A DNA stretch of 64,000 nucleotides from Octopus vulgaris (Eukaryota): positions 77,500,001 to 77,564,000 of the forward strand of contig OX597823.1 of the NCBI GenBank assembly GCA_951406725.2, read 5' to 3'. A program made the position numbers and the translations under genes. Below are positions 55,301-64,000 of this stretch, one piece after another. Each line of letters starts with the position of its first letter. Position 1 is the first letter of the stretch. The notes under the pieces are model-generated. The model saw nothing but the letters and a program-made list of their open reading frames with translations. It did not search any database and was not told the DNA's origin.

Positions 55301-55608
55301 TCAATACCGATTTTACACCATCTTATGTATACACACACCTCAAACAAAATACTGTTTTGTATTTGTTCTGACTCATTGCGTTTTGAGTTCAAACTCTACA
55401 ACATTCATCTGTCTTCTGTAGCTTCAGGCTGAACAAGGCCTGGTGAGTGTGCTTGTTAGATGGGAATTTAAAGAAGCCCATCATATCTTTTAACTTCTAT
55501 CTTTTGCTCGTTTCAGTCATTAGATTGCAGCCATAGTGAGGCACTGCCTTGAGGCATTTTTAGTTAAATGAATCAACTTCAGTACATTTTTTAAAGCCTG
55601 GTGCTTTA

Positions 55609-55888
55609 AATAATGAAATTATTGTATACGGTGCTCAGGTGCACCACAACTTATCAAAAGTATACATAAAGCATATGCAGTAATGTAAAAATGTCTGGAG
55701 AGTGAACTATGTATGAGTCAGATACATGCTTGCATGTGTATGGAGGGGAGAAAATCAGGTGTAGTGTTGGCGAATCTCAGGAAGCATGGAAGTTTTGAAG
55801 GATGCAGTGCTCTGACAACTAACAACTGATGCTGGCAGTTTGTGCCATGCGTCAGCAACTCTCAGCGTGAAAAAATGTTTCTGAAAGT
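55609..55888 (-). mobile_element. CR1-type LINE 3' end
   Basis: Minus strand translates FRNIFSR/FFTLRVADAWHKLPASVVSCQSTASFKTSMLPEIRQHYT*, matching the CR1 C-terminal FF..RV...WN.LP..VV......FK motif. Second copy at 63737-63954. Confidence 0.8.
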
Positions 55889-55892
55889 GCGT

Positions 55893-56032
55893 AACTGGTA
55901 CTTAATTTATCGATCCTGAAAGGATGAAAGGCAAAGTCGACCTCGGCGAAATTTGTACTCAGAACGTTGCAGCAGACGAAATACCGCTAAGCATTTCACC
56001 TGGCATGCTAATGATTCTGCCAGCTCACCACC
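55893..56032 (-). mobile_element. SINE family D (partial)
   Basis: AACTGGTACTTAATTTATCGATCCTGAAAGGATGAAAGGCAAAGTCGACCTCGGCG. Confidence 0.8.
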
Positions 56033-56689
56033 ATATAGTCATAGGAAAATATTACCTTACTTGGAAACAGGTGTGGTTTGACAACAGGAAGAGCATTTAA
56101 TTGTAGAAAATTTACCCCTGCACACTATGTCTAACCCATGCAAGCATGGAAATGTAGACATTAAGCTGATTATGATATATTACAATGTGTGAGTGTATTT
56201 GTGAGAGTGTGGGCATGTGTGTGTTTCTAATTGTGTAATTATATTTTAACTTTGTGTCCTTTGTAGTAAAGAGTAGAGAAACAGAGACAGGAAGTTTGTT
56301 GGCAGCAAATAATAGAAATTGTCAGCTGTTTGTATATCATGCACCATTAAATACATTCAATATCGCCTGAAGTATAATACAAACTGCTGTCACTCAGCTA
56401 TCTGTTTTGTGGTTTACGATTATTCATTTTTTTTTTTATTGTATGTGAGTGTGGGTGGTTGCTACATACTTAAACCATCTATGCATTTTTATATAAACAT
56501 ATACATTTAGAGCTAGATGTATGCATTGAAAAAATTCATATATATATATGTGTGTGTGTGTGTGTGGTTTGCATGTATGTATATAAATGTATGTATATAT
56601 AGATAAATATATATGTATATATGTATATTTATCTCTTTCTGTGTATATATGTGTGTGTATGTGTGTACAAATAAATATACACACACATA

Positions 56690-56727
<38 letters not shown>

Positions 56728-56777
56728 CATATATATATATATATATATATATGTGTGCATATATATATATATTTACA

Positions 56778-56808
<31 letters not shown>

Positions 56809-56988
56809 GTGTGCATATATATATATATACACACACACATATGCATATCTATAAGCTTGCACATATCCACATAAGCATATATGGCTATAATAAATATGTA
56901 ATTATATACAAAATTATTCAGCACACACACACACATACATATATACACACATACATATATACATATATATACATACATACATATATAT

Positions 56989-57039
<51 letters not shown>

Positions 57040-57403
57040 TATATGTATGTAAACATATACACACATATACACACCCGTACATACATGTGCATGAAACGCA
57101 TGAGTAGACATAAATATGACTTGCGATCAATCTGTTGTGAAGGTTACTTCAGATGCTCAAGTTAGTCACCACCCTTCAGTTAAAAGCACAGACACACTGC
57201 TATGAACTTGAAACTTTTGATTCTAAGAAGATTAATACAACTACTAGCTTTCTTAATCCTGATGTGAGAAGGTACTGGAGATTTGAGTCATGATATATAT
57301 ATCTGTCTGAAACCTGTTACTGGCAAGTAACAAGAATTTTTAATTTCTTTGTCATCAAAACAACTATATCTTTTCCCTAAACACATACTCACATGCACTG
57401 AAG

Positions 57404-57439
<36 letters not shown>

Positions 57440-57583
57440 CATACACACACACACATATATGTGTGCGTGTATTTGTGTATATGTATATGTGTATATATGT
57501 ATATGTATATATATATAAGTATATACATACACACACACACATATATGTGTGTGTGTATTTGTGTATGTGTATATGTATATGTG

Positions 57584-57632
<49 letters not shown>

Positions 57633-57982
57633 GTACATGTATATATATATATATGTATATGTACATGTATATATACATGTATATATACATATATACATGT
57701 ATATATACATGTATATATATGCATGTATATATATATGTACATGTGTATACATATATATACATATGTATATATACATGTATATATATGCAATGCATATATA
57801 TATATGTATATATACATGTGTGTGTGCGCATACTTATGCATATATACTTCATAATAAAAAATGTTTTTGATCAGGGTAGACAAATTAATGCTAAAATATT
57901 TAAAGAATATTCTCTACAGGTAAACCAATGATCATTTAAAGATTGCTGTACTTTTTTCTTTATCATCCTCCTCCTCCCATCC

Positions 57983-58113
57983 AAGGTTGACTTTGTCTTT
58001 CATCCTTTCAGAATCGATAAAATAAGTACCAGTTGAGCATTGACTTACACCCTCCCTCAGAATTTCAGAAAGGATCATTATTATTATTAACACTATTGTT
58101 ATTATTATTATTA

Positions 58114-58174
<61 letters not shown>

Positions 58175-58591
58175 GATTATTGCTGTTGTTGTTGTTGATA
58201 CTGAGTTCAAATTCTGCTGAGGCTGACTTTCCTATTGGTCCCTTCGAGATGAATACAAGGGTTGATGTTACCAGCTTGCCCCTACCCTAAAATTGCTGGC
58301 CCTGTGCCAAAATTTGAAACCATTATTAGTATTCTGATTAATATTATTATTATTTAAGGTGGTGAGCTGGCAGAATCGTTAGTACGCTGGACGAAATGCA
58401 TAGCAGTATTTTGCCTGTCACTACATTCTGAGTTCAAATTCCACTGAGGTCGACTTTGTCTTTCATCCTTTCAGGGGTCGATAAAATAAGTACCAGTCGA
58501 ACACTGGGATCGATGTAATCAACTCATCTCCATCTCCCCAAAGCTGTCCTTGTGGCATAAATCTGAAATAATAATAATAATAATACTAATG

Positions 58592-58626
<35 letters not shown>

Positions 58627-58866
58627 TATTATTATTATTATTATTATTACTTAAGGGGGCGAGCTGGCAGAATCATTAGCATGTTGGATGAATTGCATAG
58701 TGACAATTCTTCTGCAGCTACATTTCAAGTTCAAATTCTGCCGAGGTTGAAGTTGCCTTTCATCCTTTCAAAGTTGATAAAGTAAGTACCAGTTGCATAC
58801 TGGGGTTGATATAATCGACTTAACCCTCCTTCTAAATTCCAGGCCTTGTGCCTGTAGTAGAAGGGA
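57983..58866 (+). mobile_element. Array of four family D SINE units separated by (ATT)n/(AAT)n
   Basis: GACTTTGYCTTTCATCCTTTC...GATAAAATAAGTACCAG units at about 57983, 58200 (partial), 58357 and 58654. Confidence 0.8.
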
Positions 58867-58909
<43 letters not shown>

Positions 58910-59227
58910 AATTAAAAGAAGAGTGCCATTGTCATTTAGTGAATGATATTTCGACATCTTGTGTATCTTCAACAGGTTCAAAGAATAATTTTGTCAACCT
59001 ACTTCATTAATTATTATTATCATTATCATCATCATCATTATAATCAGCATTATTATTATCATTATTATTATTTCTTATTCATGTATGTATGCAATTATAT
59101 ATTTATTATATTTATATTTTCATATATTTGTTCATATAGATAATGGTAGTTACATGACTAGACTTGTGCTATCATATCATACAAATATCCCCGCTCTGAG
59201 CAAACTGTTATTTACTAATATAAATAG

Positions 59228-59625
59228 GTACATGAGTGGCTATGTGGTAAGAGTCTTGCTTCCCAACCACATGGTTCCAGGTTCAGTCCCACTGCATAGC
59301 AACTTGGGAAGCTACCTTCCACTATACCCTCAGGCCAACCAAAGCTTTGTGAATGGATTTAGAAAACAGAAACTGAAAGAAGCCCATCGTATATATAAAT
59401 CTCTCTATATTTATTTGAGCATCCTTGTGTCTATGTTTGCCCCCAAGACCACCACTTAACAGCCGATGTTGGTGTGTTTACATCCCCATATCTTAGCAGT
59501 TCAGCAAAAGGCACTGATAGAATAAGTACCTGGCTTACAAAGAATAAGTCCAGGGGTCGATTTCTTCAACTAAAAGGTGGTGCTCCACCATGGCATCAGT
59601 CAAATTACTGAAGCAAGTAAAAGAA
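59228..59625 (+). mobile_element. SINE family A
   Basis: Full head and tail modules. Confidence 0.85.
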
Positions 59626-59778
59626 GATATATGTATATATAAATATATAATCAACAATGTGCTATCAAGCATGACATTTAAGTAATAATTTTAGGAATCA
59701 GTAGTCAGTCCTACATCAAATTCTTTCATCTAAATCCATTATGAACTCAGTCATCATATTTTCTACTTTTCTCATTAT

Positions 59779-59817
<39 letters not shown>

Positions 59818-59943
59818 TCAATCTGTCTGGTGTGCAATCTTGTGGTGGGTGTTTTGTATTATGTAATGCATGAATTATGAATGAATTGTCATGCGTGTGA
59901 AACACATGTACCACTATCATCAGACTTCCCTTTTTATTATATA

Positions 59944-60190
59944 TCATCATCATCATCATCATCATCGTTTAACGTCCGTTTTCCACGCTAGCACGGGTTG
60001 GACGGTTTCGACCGGGGTCTGGGGAGCTAGGGACTGCCCCAGGCTCCAGTCTAGTCTGGCAGTGTTTCTACAGCTGGATGCCCTTCCTAACGCCAACCAC
60101 TCCGCGAGTGTAGTGGGTGTTTTTACGTGCCACCTGCACAGGTGCCAGAGGGGTCTGGCATCGGCCACGTTCGGATGGTGCTTTTTATGT
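59944..60190 (-). mobile_element. RTE-related family C element (CpG-rich, probably young)
   Basis: (CAT)n, TTTAACGTCCGTTTTCCACGCTAGCACGGG and GGATGCCCTTCCTAACGCCAACC. Confidence 0.8.
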
Positions 60191-60312
60191 GGGGGGGGGT
60201 GCGGAAATATAGAGGAGCACCAGTGGGGAGGGGTGGTTCAGGGAAATGATGACAGGTTCTAGGCAAGTAGAACGTAGGATATCAAGAGAGGGGTAATGCA
60301 TGGTGAAATAGC

Positions 60313-60345
<33 letters not shown>

Positions 60346-60928
60346 CACACACACACACAAATATATATATATATATATATACACATTAGTATTTGGAACA
60401 ATTTCAGCAATTACAGGAAATGTAGGATAAGATGATGACAGAATCAGTCACCAAATATTACATCTATATTCTTCATATCAACAAGATGAGGAGAATGAAA
60501 GACGAACATCTTTTATAGAATTTAAGGGTGGATTTTTAAATCAGAATGCAGAGCGGCATAGATAAGAAAATCAGTTTTTGCAATTTCTTCATTAACTTGA
60601 ATTCAGACGGAATATTAATAAATAAAATTGGAAATGATAGATAATAATTTTGTCAAATAGTCGAAAGAAAAAGGAAAAGGGAAAACAACATTATCCCAAG
60701 TTTAAATTATGTAATTGCTTTGACAGATCTCTCTCTATATCTATCTATCTATCTATCTATCTGTCTATATCTATATACATCTATATCTATCCATATATAT
60801 ATATATAGATATCTATTTCTATCTATCTATCAGTCTCTCTCTCTCTCCCCACATATATATATATATTTTTAATTTTATTTTATCTAGTTTCAGCTCACGA
60901 GCTGGGGCCATGCTGGGGCACTACCATT

Positions 60929-60959
<31 letters not shown>

Positions 60960-61178
60960 AAATATACATGTATATATATAAATGTATATATGAGTCTAAC
61001 CTATGCCAGCATGGAAAACAGATGCTAGATGAGGATAATGATGTATATGCACATGTGTTTATAGGCATATGTGTGTATGTGTGTGTGTGTATATATATAT
61101 GTGTGTGTGTGTAGAGAGAGAGGGAGAGGGTAAAAATGTGATAGACATATAGATTAATGCACAGATCGACAGACATAC

Positions 61179-61226
<48 letters not shown>

Positions 61227-61968
61227 TGATAGAAAGATAAACAGAGAGACAGACAGGCAGGAAGACTGACAAACAGATAGATAGTGTTTATTAGGTTTGC
61301 GATCAGAAATTAAATGTTGCTAGAGTGTTTGATCTACTTACGTATATGTCAGGTGCCAGAGGTGTTACCATTATTCAAAGTAAGAAGAGTATTTGGAAGA
61401 ATATTAATATATGAACTTTTTGGTATAGCTGAGCTAAAATAGATTTCAGAAAAAGAATTCTTTTACATTTTTATGTAAAAAAAAAAAAAAATAGGGAAAA
61501 AAAGATCAATTTTTTTTTCTTTTTGTGTGTTTCTTCATTAGATGCAAATAACCTGCTTCTGGCAAAAGAAAATTACTGAAAGCATAAAACCTTAATTTTA
61601 CAGTTAGGATTTTCCCTATATCCTTAATTAACTTTTCAGAGTTTTATCTATAATCCAGACAAAATTAGTGCTTTTATTTTTAGTTTAGTGATAGCGGTTA
61701 GTTCTAAAGGTAAACTCACTCATAGCAAACAAAATGCTTGACTTTGATTCAAGTCTCACAGATTTTGTTTATTTTATTTTATAACATACATTTTGTGAAC
61801 AGTATCATCATTGGACCGAATTATCGAAAGAGAGCTAGTCACTATTTCGTTGTATTTATTATAGGAAGAGTGACAAGGAAATTTCTGTACAACTTGTACA
61901 GAGGAAATATCACACAATGTCACTGGAATTTTCGCTAACATTTACACTTGAATAAATGCATAAATGTT

Positions 61969-62330
61969 CAAAGGTGGGAACTGTTAATAGAAAATTTAAC
62001 TTTAACAGTTAATCCGTTAACCAAAAAGTTAACTTCAATAACTGTTGATCAGTTAATTCTTTAAAAATGTAACAGAAGTTATCAATAAACCATTAACGTT
62101 AATCTTTATTATAGAAAAAAACAAAAAAATGAGTTTTTGCTCTAAAATTACCTAAAAACACCTTTAAAAAGTGCCCAAACTATAAAAATCAGCCATTTTT
62201 GGCCTTTTTAAGGGCTTTAGAACCCCAAAACTATATAATGCGTCATATGTAAATAAAAAGTTTGTTTTTGAAGCATCAAAATGTATTGTAGAGCATGTAG
62301 AAAGATAAATTTTTTCAACACGTAAATACT
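61969..62330 (+). mobile_element. Possible hAT-like DNA transposon end with GTTAA(C) subterminal repeats
   Basis: CAAAGGTGGGAACTGTTAAT followed by clustered GTTAA/TTAAC motifs. No partner terminal repeat identified. Confidence 0.3.
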
Positions 62331-62390
62331 GAACAGTATATATATATATATATATATATGAGGATAATGATGTATATCCTATATATAAAT

Positions 62391-62528
62391 GGTACTTATT
62401 TAATCGACCCTAAAAGGATGAAAGGCAAAGTCGACCTTGGCAGAATTTGAACTCAGAACGTAACAGCAGATGAAATACCTCAAAGCATTTCTCCCCTGGC
62501 GTGCTAACAATTCTGCCAGTGCATTGCC
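62391..62528 (-). mobile_element. SINE family D (partial)
   Basis: GGTACTTATTTAATCGACCCTAAAAGGATGAAAGGCAAAGTCGACC. Confidence 0.8.
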
Positions 62529-62780
62529 CTCTATCAAATTCCATTAACAAAGCATTAGAAAACATGAATCTATAGTTGAAGACCTTTGCCTCAGTTACAG
62601 CAACAGTGGCATTTAACTCCAAACCTCATGGTTTTAAAGACAAACTCCTTAACCACATAACTAAGTCTGCATGCAGTGAAGCACTCAGCTGAAGCTAATA
62701 CATTATAGCTATGCTTTCAAGAAAATTATTAACATCAGAATATCTTTATACTTCTAATATTTTTTCATTCTCCAAACTAG

Positions 62781-62932
62781 TTTCAATCTTTGGACTGCAA
62801 ACCACACTAACACACCACCTTCAAAGATTTTTGGTTCAATGTATTGAATCTAGCTCTTCTACTAATTTTATTGATCCTGTTATTGACTGGCTAAGCCGTT
62901 CTTGGCGTAGATCAATATCTGAATACCACAAG
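62781..62932 (+). CDS. Candidate 152-nt coding exon of an unidentified gene
   Basis: Acceptor TTTTTTCATTCTCCAAACTAG, open frame xSIFGLQTTLTHHLQRFLVQCIESSSSTNFIDPVIDWLSRSWRRSISEYHK, donor AAG|GTATTT. Non-repetitive with protein-like composition. Confidence 0.45.
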
Positions 62933-63122
62933 GTATTTGTATTCAACACAACAATTTTCACCATTATACTCACACTCGCATACACGAATGCAAGCACATA
63001 CATGTTCATACACATTCACACACATGCAAGCATATATGTATTTGCATATCTATATGTATATATATTTGCTTATTTATATGCTTATGTATATGCATATATA
63101 TATATGTATGCGCCTATAGATT

Positions 63123-63153
<31 letters not shown>

Positions 63154-63186
63154 ATCCATATATGCACATATACACTTTTGTTTAAT

Positions 63187-63392
63187 ATGTATGACCTTAT
63201 AGGAACATTGCTGTTTCAATACATATTGTATTTCATCAGAGGTCAGAGATAGATAAATATTGGAAATCCACAATATCTATACATATTTTGACCCCAGTGT
63301 AAATGTTGTGCATTTTCAATATTTATCTATCTCTAACTGTAGATGAGATAGAGTGTATGTTGATACTGTTACTTTCCTATAAGGTTATACAT
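63187..63392. mobile_element. Fold-back element/MITE with about 90-bp imperfect inverted arms
   Basis: ATGTATGACCTTATAGGAA...AGAGATAGATAAATATTGGAAAT pairs with ATTTTCAATATTTATCTATCTCT...TTCCTATAAGGTTATACAT. Confidence 0.75.
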
Positions 63393-63736
63393 CTGATATA
63401 AAAGAACATACACTATATTTACATTGCATGAAGACATTCGTTGCACTAAGAATTCTTTGATTTTAATTATAATACTTATTTTGATGCCATTCCACTTAAG
63501 ACTGCTCCTGCCTGGTTCCATGATCCTAAAATTTCTGTTTTAAAGTGATGTGAATTGAAACCTTTCCATCTAAATTTCATACTTATTGTGTATATCTAGT
63601 TCACTAAATTCTTTGTTATATTTTAAACTATTTGAAATAAAGGTTGTGTATAAAGCAAATTTATATTTTCAAAACCCTTTTGTACTCAATGACACACTTG
63701 ACAATCCATTAGTGTCCACATACTTGATATTATTTT

Positions 63737-63954
63737 ATAATAATAGTAATAATAATGAAATTATTGTATACAGTGCTCAGGTGCACCAGAACTTATCAAA
63801 AGTGCATATAAAGCATATGCAGTAATGTACAAATGTCTGGAAAGTGAACAGTGTATGAGTCAGATACATGCTTGAGTGTGTATGGAGGGGAGAAAAATCA
63901 GGTGTAGTGTTGGCGAATCTCAGGAAGCATGGAGGTTTTGAAGGATGCAGTGCT
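63737..63954 (-). mobile_element. CR1-type LINE 3' end, second copy
   Basis: Very similar to 55609-55811, with an (ATT)n tail. Confidence 0.8.
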
Positions 63955-64000
63955 AAGGATTTTAGTACTAATTAAGCATTATCATTAAGTCCCAATTAAG

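Noticed and set aside
57905-57925. CAG|GTAAAC as a recursive splice site
   Set aside because: Short pyrimidine tract and weak donor; expected by chance.

Overview
This is eukaryotic, very AT-rich genomic DNA dominated by microsatellites ((TA)n, (CA)n, (GATA)n, (CAT/CAC)n, (ATT)n) and transposable-element remnants. The repeat repertoire looks like that of an octopus (coleoid cephalopod) genome; that is an inference, not a database result. Nearly all supplied ORFs are microsatellite or SINE artefacts. Supported content: several tRNA-derived SINE families, RTE and CR1-type LINE 3' ends, two non-autonomous Helitrons (one with a paralogous empty site in a local duplication), mariner and piggyBac-like MITEs, a fold-back element, and a 27-bp minisatellite with a 112-bp higher-order period. 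The main discovery is at least seven minimal type-I hammerhead-ribozyme motifs, plus partial ones, in short segments mostly embedded in (TA)n/(CA)n runs. Several have palindromic stem III and non-canonical cores (U3-A8 covariation twice, U4C up to three times). Together with inverted terminal fragments, they point to microsatellite-associated Penelope-like retroelements. Two phase-compatible candidate exons on the + strand (35224-35248 and 62781-62932) suggest much of the window is intronic. Coordinates of degenerate repeats are approximate.
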